This document shows, in pieces, positions 37,413-51,929 of a DNA stretch of 64,000 bases. The stretch is from Haliotis cracherodii. Lineage: Eukaryota. Position 1 is the first letter of the stretch; every line of letters begins with the position of its first letter. The stretch lies in the NCBI RefSeq assembly GCF_022045235.1, contig NW_027266266.1:1674001-1738000 (forward strand), written 5' to 3'. The notes under the pieces are model-generated. The model saw nothing but the letters and a program-made list of their open reading frames with translations. It was not told where the DNA came from and made no database searches. The translations under genes and the position numbers were made by a program.

Positions 37413-40400
37413 ATGAAGTCAATGACGATGCTGCATACAACGTTCATCCTCCTTCTCTGCCTGAAACTTGTCGCAGGTGACTATAGTTTCAATTTTCTTT
37501 ATGAATTGTCATAATGTGTGTGTTGAAGATGTTAACTTCTTAACCAGTAGCTGTGTGCGCGATGTTATTTTTAGCCACCTGTAGTTCACAACAACATACC
37601 TTACACTGCCAACAAAGCACAATAGTGATGCCATAATTTATTAGCACAATTGTTTTTAAATCTGTCGTAAACAGGTTTGAACTATTGAGGTCACAATGCA
37701 ATATTTCAACCAATGTTTGCACTTGTTTCGTAAATCAAAAGATGTTATCAGTTGTGTTATGAACCATAGGTTGTTTTCTTCTTACGAACTTCTTATGAAC
37801 TCGTGGGCTATCTTAGGGGGATTGGGTTTGTTATTGGACGCCACATTCAGCAATATTCAAGCTATAAGGCGGCGAACCAGACAAACCAGTCATTGATATC
37901 ATGAACAACAATCCATGTCTTCCGGGCACCAACCATGTGACGGGGCCTGACCACCCGATCATTTAGTTGCTTTTTACGACCATCATATGTTATGGAGGAC
38001 CAGGAATTGCCGCAGGTGCTCGTCATATGGAGCTGATAAACTCAGAAAATGATATGGACTGTCGAAATTTAGCAAACGTTGAATAACTAACGAACTTGGT
38101 CAATAAAAACAAAATCACGATTCAAGTCATTTCACATTACAGCTGTTATGTTGCTTTTATAGAAATTGACCTAAATATTGAACGTATGTAGTTTTGTCAA
38201 ACGCATTTAATAACACATAAACAGTTGAGGAAGCTCGGTAAAATTACTTGAGGGGCGTTCACACAACTAGTAGCTATATCTTGTTGTATGTAATAGGTTG
38301 TAAGAACTGAAGTTGGAAGCAATTTGGCGTTTACACAGCGATGAGTTGCATACACCTCTTGTCTCGCGTGACATGGTTATTGTTACTTCTGAAACATTAT
38401 TGAAGTACTAAACATTGTACGAGAATTATGGTCAAATCACACCGAGGCTACCTCTGACATGACGGATATGTGACATACTTCTTGTTCTACCTCATGGTGT
38501 AAAAACTTGAGTGAAAAAATGAGAACATATTAGAATAGAAATAACGCTAAATGTTGTTGATGATTCTGCATTGCATAAACATAACTTCGATGTAGCAGCC
38601 TTTAATTGCACATATATAAACATATTGTGTGATGAATGTTTGTATTTGACAGTTTTACATAAACTGTGAGCAAACACAATACTGCCCTATGTCTGAAGTA
38701 CACAATGACAATGTTATCAATTTGTTATGATTTACTTTACTCTTTCGATATGAACATTAACTTGACGTAGAGAGATGTACACACGCTCAATGAAGAAGGG
38801 CAAGACTGCGCTGAGCTACGGAAGCCAATTGTAACTCGGTTGTTGTATCTTACAATATATTTCGTATTAGTTTGTTCATGAGTAACCAAACTTTTCCACG
38901 CAAATATTGATATTGAAATGGATACTAGTGAGAAAGCAATGGAGCGAGAAAGCAATATAGAAAGAAGCAATGAAGAAAGAAAGGGATAATGCAATAAAGT
39001 GATAACGCGATAAAGCTTGAAAATGATAGATAATTCTCAAAATGCCGTACATTAACATGTTGTTTTGCTCCTTTTCAGGGCTCCATTCCTATGATTTTCA
39101 CCGCTGTTTTGCCTTTTTACGGCTCAAACTTTCAACATTTTGTAGCAGAAATAAATTGGTTAGATATTCATACAGAATGCTATCTCGTTTCGTTTGTATA
39201 CACGCATGTTTGTACTTTCTTGTATTGTAGTTAATTCGAAAGATTCAAAAGCACTACAACGGGAAAGTCTTTTACTTTTACTTTATTTCGCTAAAACTCC
39301 TGAGAAAGTCCCCGACTTATTTGCGAATTATTTGGAAACTTAATTGCCCCTTTTATAGGAGTTATGAGTTTTATGCCTACCACCACAAACACATACACAC
39401 ATCCTCCCCCCTCTCACTCCCTAGGATGATATTAGTTATATCTCTCCGTGTTTAGGCTAACATGCTCTAAGATTTTTGTGAATTTGTTTCGCTATTCATA
39501 CTTAAAACTGAAACATTAAAAGATGCATTGAACAGGAACACATAATTAGTGAGTGAGTGAGTTGTGTAAAGCTTTTCCTATGTATTGGTCCAGTTATCAG
39601 TACACAAGTATATTTTTCACTGCATTGGTTATGAGTTTGATAACAGAAAAGTTCCAATTTTTTAACGGCGTGTCAGCTTAATGTGGGAGGAAAGCCCCAA
39701 ATGATGCAGGTCTTAAACGTTTACCACTTTAGTGAAACTCACGAGCACGGGTATAGTGCTGACAAACCTACAAACATAATCGGGGCGTACCGGGATTCGA
39801 ACTCACAATCATAGGTTTCTGGCGTGCCCAAGGGACACAACTCTCCACAGCGAATCGCGGCGCCTTAGACGAAACATAATGAATTACATGAACTATAGAT
39901 TGAGAAATAAGTGCCAGTATTATCAGTCCACTGTTTGTATTGTTTGCATTGTCAAAAGAATTGTTTTGTTGGTCAACAGATTTGGACGTGACGCCGAATA
40001 CGTGCTCTTTCAATTTAGAAATGACAATTATATTGATAATGATGCATGTAAATTATGCAGACAAAAGTTAGACATGTAATCTGTTACAAAATTAAAAATA
40101 CAGATCGATTAGGTATGTGTATCTATCTCAAGTCACAAATACGACTTTGAGAGTGTCATTAACCTGTATATTCATTCCTTGAACAATAGAAATGGGATGC
40201 GTTGTAAATATTAGTTAAAAACACTAATTTCTTATAATTTCTTTCAATCTTACTGTCTTCAGAAACTAAATTCAATGCTAATGTGCTTGTAAAACAGAGT
40301 TCAACTGACGTTAAGTCGGCTTTCCCTACTTATTTATACTTATTTGTAAATATCTACCACAGTGAGTCAACCTGACAGACATACAGACAGATGCAAACAC

Positions 40401-42631
40401 ACAAACTAATCTTAAACTAAACATACAATATTAGACAGACAGCTGATTTAACACGTGTTATAGAAAATCATAGTTATGCACTTCATATTGTTATCAACAC
40501 TAACTGTGTGGCCACAATAATTAGGATGTCTCTCCATATGTGTAGTGTATCCAAGCACATATATCAACTGTAGTTTTCATGTGATAACACCAACTGAGTT
40601 AACATAGTGCTTAAAAAGCATTCGCTCCTTACGCTGAACACCCAGGTTCGATTCCCCTCTTGGGTACTATATGTGAAGCTCATTTCTGCTGTCCCCGTCA
40701 TGATATTGCTAGAATATTGCTAAAAGCTGCATAAAACATACTCATTCACTCACAGCGTTGTTTATGAAATTACTATATTATATAGAAACTTTGCTTGGAG
40801 TTTTGTAGGTGCTTCTTTGAACAAAACTGATGCCATTACTCCGTGCTTGGCTTCCACGAACAGGCAGTTCTTGCATGAGCTGAGGTCGCTGCTGAGCCTC
40901 TATCTGGGGGAGAAGGTTCTACAGCCAGTGACCTCCACTCCACAAAGTAGCAGCTCGGGTAAACACGCCTTTGTGTTTCTGTGTATGTTCACTCTTTGAT
41001 CTCAGGAAGGTATATATAAGATGATGATATCAGTACTTGATGATTGCTTTCAATTTATGATGATTGTTCACATTCGTCTGTATTCTGCTGTTAACATACG
41101 GTTCCAATACGGAACACATAGAGATTAGCACACACCATGTCTGTCCCTGTCAAGTATTTATTTGTCTGTATTGAAATCTGTGTTTTTTCTGTGTATTTGT
41201 AGGAGGAGGAGCGATGTTCACTCGGTGGGGAAAGACAACATGTCCGTTAGGAAATGATGTCATGTATAAAGGTAAAATATTTCAAGACCTACGTGATCTA
41301 AAAGTTAAAAGGGGGTAAATTACTTTGTCAGATGGGTTTGTTTTTTATGTAATCTGAATATTTTCAGGGTGTCAGTTCAATCAAAGTGAATTTATAGAAT
41401 GGTATAATCTCCTGCATAAGTGATCTTTCCAATCGAGAATATGAAAAGCTCTTTTTTGTCTAGCTTGGCTGGAAAATATGCAGTTAACACAAAAAGGCCT
41501 GTATTGAATCTACTCTATTAAATGACATTTATGCAAAACGAAAATTATATGTATAACTGTACTAGTGCACACTTCATCTCCATGTGGCAGTGCTACATTT
41601 CTGGGAGAATGAAGTTTGAATATTGTAGCAAAAACCACAATTCTACAATTTGTAACATAAAATTATACACATTGTTAATTGACTTTGACTTAAATACTCA
41701 CAACTGTACCTGGCTTCTGGCACGAACAATGTGCTTTTACTAGAACTTATGTTTTGGTAAATAGATGTTTCCAACAGAAATGAATGGGTCATTATTTTTT
41801 TCTTCACACGGCTAAAAGGTAAATACAATTATAAACATATTCCACTGTTAGGTAAATCAATTTCGATGTATTTTTATTTTGTTAAAGGGCTTAAAGGTGA
41901 AAAAGATAGAACTCACCTCTTTTGTTTTTGTAATATTGGCAATATCAACCGAGTATTGGTTAATCACTATTCGCCTTGCCATAGGCTCGGCAAATCAATT
42001 AAGACTTGGTTGCTAGCTCCCGTATTTAATAAATAATGAATGGTCTATATACTACATCCGTTCTCTAAATAATCGGGTTTCCAGGCAATAGGTGGACTTG
42101 GAACACATATATTTTATATGTCTTCACACATAATAAAAAGCTAGTTTCAATCTCCCAGGTTATGCAGGTGGAAGCCATTACACACACAAAGGTGGACCTG
42201 GGACAACTCTGTGCCTTCCTGACTCTCCTATCTACGCAAGGCATACTACAGCAGACACTTACAGTCATCTCTATGGGACTGAGTATGAAACTCCTCGAGC
42301 AACAGGGCCTCTGCACAACATGCATCAACATGATGTCCCTTGTGTTGTGTGCTGCAGTCGTCACAGAAGGAGTGCTGTCATGGTCCCTGCCAGGAATGAG
42401 TGCTTCCCTGAGTGGCATCTGGAATACAAGGGCTACCTCTTCGGGGGTTCCACTGAACACACAAGTTCAAGTGATTATGTGTGTGTAGATGAAGACCCAG
42501 AATCCATAAAGGGAGGCCATGCAAACAAAAACGGACATCTCCTGTACCTGGTCGAGTCTACCTGTGGTGCCCTGCCATGTCCACCATATGTTAATGGCTG
42601 GGAGATGACTTGTGCTGTTTGTACAAAATAA
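37413..42631 (+). CDS. Paralog 2: secreted short-chain collagen C4-like protein, 251 aa, 4 exons
   Basis: Exons 37413-37476, 40809-40958, 41203-41271, 42159-42631; GT-AG phase-1 introns; 756 nt in frame. MKSMTMLHTTFILLLCLKLVAG...; exon 2 has an in-frame 6-nt deletion relative to paralogs 1 and 3. Confidence 0.87.
39548..39865 (-). mobile_element. tRNA-derived SINE, family B
   Basis: Paralog of 22526-22850. Confidence 0.7.
40598..40752 (+). mobile_element. tRNA-derived SINE, family A (intron 1 of paralog 2)
   Basis: B box GGTTCGATTCC; same position as 23571. Confidence 0.8.
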
Positions 42632-42972
42632 AACACTCCATATAGACCATACCATCTGTCAAATATGTACATTAACCCTGTCTTTCATACATCCGATAAA
42701 CACATTCAGTTTTCATAAGACTGCCAATATCCATTGTTTGGTTGTGTGTAAATGTCTCTCGCTTTCATGTGGTTCATTCACCTCTGCCATGTATTTGTAA
42801 AAGTGTTGAATCACGATTATTTTATGAATGAAAAAGTAGTTCCAGTGTGACAGAGGTCACGGTTATACGATTAAAAGGAACAAAACGAGGTTCACCTTGC
42901 ACGACAAACGTGTGTCGTACGGATTTAGTATCTTAAAACCTGTATCTTCATCACGTGTAAAATAAAGGGATT

Positions 42973-43109
42973 GACATCGTGAGCATCGTTTCACGCAATT
43001 GGGATAAGATGACATGCATCAACCAAGTCAAGGAGCCTGACCACCTGCTCCCGTTTGTCGCCCCTTACGACAAGCATGGAAGACCCATTCTACCCGGATC
43101 TTGACGGGT
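42973..43109 (-). mobile_element. SINE family C fragment
   Basis: Paralog of 291-448. Confidence 0.7.
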
Positions 43110-44344
43110 CTTTAAGTTTATGTGGGTGCATGTGGCACAAAAGGTAGCCTTTGGTTGCCTCATGTTGTAAGGAAAGACTGGCCACGTTGACCAGTCAGTT
43201 ACGTTATCATTGGCTGAAGGTCCTAGCTGCAAGTTATCGCCAATGATGAGCTTCTGATCAATATCATTACACATGCTATTTCTTTACACATGGTTTCTTA
43301 ATTGACAAAGGTCCAACATTGCAGCTTATCATCTAAATCAGTCAATCAAATAATGGTTTATTGAATGAAATGTCATCGGCCCATATACACGCAAGTTACA
43401 TCGACATGTCGTTATATTAACAAATACTGTAGTATACTGAGTATCAAGACAACAAACGACAGAAAAAAGCATGATGAAAGATACTTATAGCTGTAAGTTA
43501 TTTTCTGTTTTGACATCAGACAGGTTCAGTTTCTCAGCATGCTATAACACCATGTTACATTGATTCAACAAGTACCCCAAGTGACACTAAATGAAGTGTG
43601 TTCAATGTTCTCTTGCCCCAAATAAAGATCCATTCTAAATGTTTATGTGTGATCTTTTGTGACTCTAAATGACAAAACTACAGTTTGTTAACCAGTTTGT
43701 GTTAATAAAAACCTTTCTTAAATAGTTTGGATGTTAATTATATATCTTGTCGGTAGTTACAAACCTTTACAAAATCCTTTAACTGATGTGATATTTATTG
43801 TTTCGTAACACAAGGGACATAATGTACTCATGAAGCGCATTCAAACCTATTGATAGCTGCAAACTATGTGAGCATTAGAGAAATTCCTGGCTGAATCGAC
43901 AAAAGCACTGATTGGGTAGAAATTATTTTACGACGCTTTAGACCATAACCAAGACACATCTCAAGATGCAAACTGTGTGAGCATTGAAGAAATTCACTAT
44001 TGAATCCATAGAAGAACTAATTGGGCAAACGAGTTATTTTACGACGCTTTAGACAATACCCTATCCATGTCACTGTGGAAAATATAATAATTACGTAACA
44101 GAGCAAAACTATGAGTGGAAGTCACAGGTAGATTCAGTCATCAAATTCTCGAAAACAGTGATATTCCTGATGTGTTGGTAAAGTATGGCCTAGGTAAACA
44201 CACCCACCATTATCTGTGACCACGTGGAACTGCTTTGAGGGGCAGAGCGCTGTTGTTATCATTAACTTATTTCATCATTGATTTCTACTGTATTGGCTTG
44301 TACGTTCCTCGTCACCATGAATTCATACGACTACTATACAAAGT

Positions 44345-44535
44345 AGACTCACGAATCCAACGTCGGCTTTCTTCCAGCTGGAGAGGTACAGCTATGTTTA
44401 TGGTAGGGAAGACCAATTTCATTTTGTTCTTCCTTTGTATAAAATGTTTCACTCGGATGTCCCATTTACCGTCACAGGTGGAGCGTGTCCTGGTCCGTGC
44501 CAGGAGCGAGTGCTTTCCTGGGTATTATTTTGGAA
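44345..44535 (+). pseudogene. Degraded relic of exon 4 of an older C4-like paralog
   Basis: With frameshifts it reads YSYVYGREDQFHFVLPLYKMFHSDVP...RHRWS...VLVRARSECFPG, versus the intact YSHLYGTEY...PLHNMFQHDVP...RHRRSAVMVPARNECFPE. Nucleotide similarity is visible (cgtcacagg.ggag, ggtcc.tgccagga..gagtgctt.cctg). Confidence 0.75.
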
Positions 44536-44779
44536 CGGTGTCTCTGTGGTAAATGATGCACACAATAGATACTGTTCTTTTTACAGTGGGTGTCTGAACA
44601 CAGACATATATCATGAACACAGCTTGTAATACAAAAAGTCAGGTACAGAAGTTCACTGATGTTCAATATGGTGGGGTACTTGTTTGCTAAAATGGTCCCT
44701 CATAATAGAGTCACATATGTTGTGTCGTTTTTACTTAAAAGCAAGTAACGTACTCGATGATTCTATAATGAAGCGTCCC

Positions 44780-44972
44780 AGCCTTAAAGAAATGGGTCCA
44801 ATTATAATGGTTCTGTTTATTAGTGATCTAAGCCTAATAGACAAGAGCCCTATTGTAATCGGTTTGTTTATTAGATATCCAAGCCCAATAGGCAAGAGCC
44901 TTATTGTAATCATTCTGTTTATTAGTGATCTAAGCCCAATAGGCAAGAGGCCTATTGTAATCGTTGTGGTTA
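44780..44972 (+). repeat. 51-bp tandem repeat (about 4 units), paralog of 7300-7545
   Basis: Same unit; reduced to a single copy at about 60705-60740. Confidence 0.85.
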
Positions 44973-46717
44973 TCACTTATTTCTATTTATTATGTATTAT
45001 TCCGCAGATTGTTTTGTACAAGAGATAACTCAACAACCCATCATCAGCATCTGGACATCATATGACGCAGATTACACAAAGATCCCAAGACTCTTGGCCC
45101 AACGTCCAATAGCAGACAATTCCAAAATAATTAACTAAAAGCAACTAAATCAGAAACCAATATCCTATTAGAGAAAACGTATTATTTCTGTTAAAGAGGG
45201 GAGTGACAAACTAGATTCATATAGCTGGAATTACTATGAACTTCGTACATTATTCACCAAGAGCCATATAACTTTTAATCTAACTGATTGTTCTTGAGGG
45301 ATGCGTTCCTTTGGTCACATGTATTCCGAATAAATAAGTGATGTACTTAAATCTAGCTTTGCAATTAACTGAGCTAAACTTACAATACTTTCGGTTGAAA
45401 TGTTCTCGTCAGGCAGCCTAGTTTGAAATAATCAAAACAATAGGTGCATTTGGGGTTTTTTTCCTAAATCGAGATAGCACCACGGGACTTCAGATATAAG
45501 GATTCAATGCTGTAAGAATGTATTTTCTATTTCCGGAAGTTATACAATTCGAACACTAATAGTTTTCTTGTAAAACGAGCTACAAGCTTGGGACTTTATT
45601 ACGTGTGTTATTAAACCTCAAATGACATAATTCAAAGACAGAAAGTACTAATACTTTTGTTATAAAGTGAGCTAGAACTATTTGACTTTATTATTTAAGA
45701 TGTTGAGTTTGCATACGATTTTCTTTCGGAACCAGGAGTGATTATTTCTCTAAGCAACTAGAGGAGGACCACATGGCCACATGTATCTCACTAAGAATAG
45801 CATCTACATGAGCTTACAGAATAGTTTGTACGTGGTCCAACTGATATACACACGTGGTCGCTGTCTGATTTTACGTCGCATCAAGAGAGTTTGGCAAGTA
45901 CATTGTTTTAGAATCTAAGGAAATATAAAAGTCAATGCCAGAGAGGAATCAGTCTCGATTAACTTCCGAAACCAATTTCCATTGGGCGTAAGTTAAGAAT
46001 TAAATAAAGGGATAACTGGAAATCTCTTCTCTGCGGAGCTGTGCAAGTATCAACATGTTACATCATTACCGAGGGCTGATCAATGTCCACCCAAAGTCAT
46101 TTTGCTGGTATTTTCAAGCAACACATAACCCAAATTGGACATTTAAGTTGTAGCTCAACAAGAATGGAAAAATATATTTTAAGATCTATGCACAAAGAAT
46201 CAGAGTGCCTAAAAATACATGCGCAAATATATGACCAGACGGATTACTTCAACTCGTCAACTTTCGCTACATGTTACAGCCATTTCAAGCAGCTTGAACC
46301 TTTACTTCAACATTTCACAACTTCAGATACATTCGAGCATGCCGTTTCTTCGAATCTTTCAAAGAGCGTCAAAAGTTGTTTGATCAAGGTCAAAAGATTT
46401 AAGGCCTTAGTAAAGCTTTCAGAACGTTTTAGGGTGCAGATGTGAAGGGCAGTTCTAAATTTGATTTTGGTGATTTTACTATGCTTCAGTTTAACGGAAC
46501 AATGCTGATCCGTTCACTCAGAAGGCATAGACAGCTTACATCGTGGCTCAAATATATACGACACATCTATTTTCCTATTCCAGAGACATTCCTGCTGAAA
46601 GCATCATCAATTCTCTATTGAATTACATTATGTCAGTGTAATCCTTTATTCATCCTGTAGTAGTGATAGTCAATATGTAAAGACGATTTCATCCGGCACC
46701 TGATATGTTGACGCACG

Positions 46718-47208
46718 TCGGTTTTGTAGCTACCACAATAACCACCGTCACATCGCGCATTTAGACGTTGCTATCACATGTCCAAGGAGGGATATGTGAT
46801 TTGTAGCTTCCACAATAGCCACCCTCACAAAGCGAAGTAATTCGTTGTTATCACACGTCCAAGGAGGTATATGTGATTTGTAGCTTCCACAATAGCCACC
46901 ACCACATCACCCAGTAACTCGTTGTTATCACACGTCCAAAGAGGTATATGTGATTTGTAGCTTCCACAATAGCCACTGTCACATCACGCAGTAACTCGTT
47001 GCCTCACGCCCAAGGGGGTATATGTGATTTGTAGCTACTTCAATAACCACCGTCACATCGTGCAATATGTCTTTGTTATCACACGTCCAAGGGGGTATAT
47101 GTGATTTGTAACTTCCACAATTAGCCACCGTCACATCACGCAGTAAGTCGTTGTTATCACACGTCCAAGGGGACATATGTGATTTGCCGCTTCTGTAATG
47201 AGCACTTT
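46718..47208 (+). repeat. 77-bp tandem repeat (about 6.5 units)
   Basis: atatgtgat recurs at 46792, 46869, 46946, 47020, 47097, 47175. Confidence 0.9.
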
Positions 47209-47249
47209 AAGCACACAGTCTGGGTTTTCACCATCTAACACCACCTACT

Positions 47250-48570
47250 CTGGTGTGTCCATCACCGACTGCCCTGTCATAGGTGTGCTCATGTCCAGTT
47301 GCCATGACATGTGTTTACTCATGACTGACTGCCATGGCATTGGTGTACTCATGCCTGGCCGCCATGGCATTGGTGTACTCATGCCTGGCCGCCATGGCAT
47401 TGGTGTACTCATGCCTGGCCGCCATGACATTGGTGTACTCATGCCTGGCCGCCATGGCATTGGTGTACTCATGCCTGGCCGCCATGACATTGGTGTACTC
47501 ATGCCTGGCCGCCATGACATTGGTGTACTCATGCCTGGCCGCCATGACATTGGTGTACTCATGCCTGGCCGCCATGACATTGGTGTACTCATGCCTGGCC
47601 GCCATGACATTGGTGTACTCATGCCTGGCCGCCATGACATTGGTGTACTCATGCCTGGCCGCCATGACATTGGTGTGCTAATGACAGCCATGACATTGGT
47701 GTACTCATGCCTGGCCGCCATGACATTGTTGTGCTCATGCCTGGCCGTCATGACATTGTTGTGCTAATGACTGCCATGACATTGTTGTGCTAATGACTGC
47801 CATGACATTGGTGTGCTCACGACTGACTACCTAGACATTGATGTGTTCATGACTGACCGCCATGACATTTGTGTGCTCATGACTGACTACCTAGACATTT
47901 GTGTGATCATGACTGACTGCCTGTCATTGGTGTGCTCATGCCCGGTCGCCATGACATTGGTGTACTAATGACTGCCATGACATTGATGTGTTCATGACTG
48001 ACTACCTGGACATTCATGTGTTCTTGACTGACTACATGTACCTAGACATTGATGTGTTCATGACTGACTGCCATGACATTGGTGTACTAATGACTGCCAT
48101 GACATTGATGTGTTCATGACTGACTACCTAGACATTGATGTGTTCATGACTGACTACATGTACCTAGACATTGATGTGTTCATGACTGACTGCCATGACA
48201 TTGGTGTATTAATGACTGCCATGACATTGATGTGCTCATGACTGACTACCTGGACATTGATGTGTTCATGACTGACTGCCATGACATTGGTGTACTAATG
48301 ACTGCCATGACATTGGTGTACTAATGACTGCCATGACATTGATGTGTTCATGACTGACTACATGTACCTAGACATTGATGTGTTCATGACTGACTACCTA
48401 GACATTGATGTGTTCATGACTGACTACATGTACCTAGACATTGATGTGTTCATGACTGACTACATGTACCTAGACATTGATGTGTTTGATGATATTGGCT
48501 AACTGACTAACTGACTGAGATGACATGTGTGTGCTCATGAGTGGCTGCCATGACATTGGTTTACTCATGA
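47250..48570. repeat. 30-bp minisatellite variant (ATGCCTGGCCGCCATGACATTGGTGTACTC) followed by mixed 26/30/36-bp units
   Basis: Direct periodicity visible. Confidence 0.93.
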
Positions 48571-48571
48571 C

Positions 48572-50330
48572 CGACAATACTGACAACTCCATGTCTCAAA
48601 CAACAATACTGACAACTCCGTGAGTCTCCTACACCAATTACTGACAACTCCGAGTGTGTTTCAAACAACACTACGGACAACACGATGTATATCCTACAAC
48701 ACTACTGACAACTCCGTGTCTATCTCCTACAACACTACTGACAACTCTGTGTGTGTCCCCTACAACAATACTTTCAACTCCGTGTGTGTGTCCTACAACA
48801 ATACTGACAACTCCGTGTGTGTCTCCTACAACAATACTTTCAACTCCGTGTGTGTGTCCTACAACAATACTGACAACACCGTGTGTGTCTCCTACAACAA
48901 TACCGACATCTCCGTTTGTCTCCTACGACAATACTGACAACTCCGTGTGTGTCTCCTACAACAATACCGACATCTCCGTTTGTCTCCTACAACAATACTG
49001 ACAACTCCGTGTGTGTCTCCTACAACAATACCGACATCTCCGTTTGTCTCCTATGACAATACTGACAACTCCGTGTGTGTCTCTTACAACAATATTAAAA
49101 ACTCCGTGTGTGACTCCCACAAGAATACATACAACTCCGTTCGTCTCATAGAACAGTACAGTCTAAATCGTGTGTGTCTCCTACAGCGATACTTACATCT
49201 GCGTGTGTGTCTCCTGCAACAACACTAACAGCTCCTTGTCTGTCTCCTACAACAACACTGACAGCTCCGTGTGTGTCCCCTACAACAATAATGACAACTC
49301 CTTGTGTCTCCTACAACAACACTGACAGCTCCGTGTGTGTCCCCTACAACAATAATGACAACTCCTTGTGTCTCCTACAACAACACTGACAGCTCCTTGT
49401 CTGTCTCCTACTACAACACTAACAGCTCCTTGTCTGTCTCCTACAACAACACTAACAGCTCCTTGTCTGTCTCCTACAACAACACTAACAGCTCCTTGTC
49501 TGTCTCCTACAACAACACTAACAGCTCCTTGTCTGTCTCCTACAACAACACTAACAGCTCCTTGTCTGTCTCCTACAACAACACTAACAGCTCCTTGTCT
49601 GTCTCCTACAACAACACTAACAGCTCCTTGTCTGTCTCCTACAACAACACTAACAGCTCTTTGTCTGTCTCCTTCAACAACACTAACAGCTCCTTGTCTG
49701 TCTCCTACAACAACACTGACAGCTCCGTGTGTGTCCCCTACAACAACACTAACAGCTCCTTGTCTGTCTCCTACAACAACACTAACAGCTCCTTGTCTGT
49801 CTCCTACAACAACACTAACAGCTCCTTGTCTGTCTCCTACAACAACACTAACAGCTCCTTGTCTGTCTCCTACAACAACACTAACAGCTCCTTGTCTGTC
49901 TCCTACAACAACAATGACAGCTCCGTGTGTGTCCCCTACAACCAAAATGACAACTCCTTGTGTCTCCTACAACAATAATGACATCTCCGTGTGTGTCTCC
50001 TACAACAATAATAACAACTCTGTGTGTCCAAAAACAATGCTGATAGCTCCGTGTGTGTCTCCTACAACAATATTGATAGTTCCGTGTGTGTCTCCTGCAA
50101 CAATACTGATAGCTCCGCGTGTGTCTCCTACAACAGTATTGATAGTTCCGTGTGTGTCTCCTACAACAATACTGATAGCTCCGTGTGTGTCTCCTACAAC
50201 AATACTGATAGCTCTGTGTGTGTCTCCTACAACAATACTGACAATTCCGTTCGTGTCTCCTACAACAATACTGATAGTTCCGTGTGTGTCTCCTACACCA
50301 ATACTGACAATTCCGTGTCTATACAACTAC
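48572..50330. repeat. 33-bp minisatellite with a homogenized core (ACAACAACACTAACAGCTCCTTGTCTGTCTCCT, about 49380-49910)
   Basis: Direct periodicity visible. Confidence 0.94.
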
Positions 50331-50432
50331 AGTACTCACAATTACGTTCGTGCGCTACACTACGACCACATTGCTGACAAGTATGTATACAACTCACCTT
50401 CGACTCCCCCCACTCACTGAAATAGGAGGCAC

Positions 50433-50558
50433 TGGTGGCCCAGTCGTGCTCATGGGTTTCATCAAAGTGGTAAACGCCTGAGACCTGCATCACTTCGGGC
50501 TTAACTCTCACAGCTGACACGCCGTTAAATAGCTGCGTCAAACACAACTCACTCACTA
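50433..50558 (+). mobile_element. SINE family B, internally deleted
   Basis: Reverse complement matches parts of 22640-22850; (ACTC)n tail. Confidence 0.65.
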
Positions 50559-51772
50559 CTCTCGGAGAATGTCTTTGATGACATTACCATCGCACAGAAC
50601 ATATTTTTAAGAAATAAAACATATCCAGGCATCGTCTGTTGTCTACTAGGTGATGCTTAGGACCCGACAGAGTTATAGTGAAATCACTACAACGAAGCCA
50701 ACAGTTCATGCCTATACATGATAATTATATTTTGATTCTACGAATCCCTGGACTGCCTTGTAACTGATGTATTAGACTACACATTTTATTATGGCTATTA
50801 TTATTATGACTATCATGATTATTCGACAATCAGGTCTATTAGCTGATAGCTTTAGCCCCAACCTTTAGTTTTCTCAGACACTGTCGATAATTCGTCTTGT
50901 ATATCAAATAGCATTAAAATAAACTTAACACAAACAAAACACAAGGGAACCAGAATGCACAGTATTCATGACTGTAATAGTACATTGTTGACATGACAGG
51001 TGCGTTACACAGTTGAAGCGTTCGGAATATTGATGATATATAACTGAACATGTGTTGCCTACACAAATAGCGAACCTCCGGGTGAGATTCAACATTGTAT
51101 CACCTTTTATGTTTTACTGTTGAGTCGTGGGACTTGCAACATTAAAATATATTGGATGTTTGACTTGAGCAGTAATAGTTGGACATGTTCATGCAGGCTG
51201 ATAGAGAATGATGTATAAATCAATATGGTTCGTGTGGATGTTTGTGACGCTGGCAGTCAACTATCATCAAATGTGTTTTTTCTGTGTTGTTGTACTTTGT
51301 AACAGATGAGATTTAGCTTTAAGAAACCTTACATGTATTTCTGTTATTGCTGACACAATATCTACCAACATGGCATGTTTGTGTAATTGCTTGCATGAAA
51401 CTCACGATCAGAAAAGACCAGTTGATAGTGCTTAGTAACGGATGAAGCTTAGCTTTATAACTTCCGTTATTGCTGACTCGGAGATTGTGTAATTGTTTAG
51501 TTGAGGCTCAGAAAAGATGAAAAGCCCTGAAAATGATAAACAATTTTTGTGAAATATAAAGCACATTTTTCAAATAACTCACAATACCAATGTTCGAAGG
51601 TATAAATAAGCTATTCTAAGGAGAATGTCACATCTTCCTTATCAAATGTCGTCTTACACTCCTGGCATGGTCCGCCTTACATTTTGCACGTGGGCATTCT
51701 ACAGTGTAATAGAAACACTTAGTCTATACACAGACAGTCTCACATACAGATGATATGTGATCTTGTAAGACA

Positions 51773-51929
51773 GGGGCGATGGGGTAGTTTAGTGGCTAAA
51801 GCGTTCGGGTAGTTTAGTGGCTAAAGCGTTCGCTCGCCACGCCGAAGACCAGGGTTCCATCTCCCACATTAGTATTCGTGTCCCTCGCCGTGTAATTGCT
51901 AAAATCGGCATAAAACAATACTCACTCAT
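51773..51929 (+). mobile_element. tRNA-derived SINE, family A, with a duplicated 25-bp A-box segment
   Basis: (gggtagtttagtggctaaagcgttc)x2; a further 3' fragment at 52127-52204. Confidence 0.8.

Noticed and set aside
48620-50420. Mucin-like or N-glycan-rich ORFs (SPTTTLTAPCL / VSYNNTDSSVC), also at 13.8-15.7 kb and 32.4-33.5 kb
   Set aside because: 33-bp minisatellite with frequent 31/32-bp units that shift frame; open in several frames; interrupted by a solo LTR.
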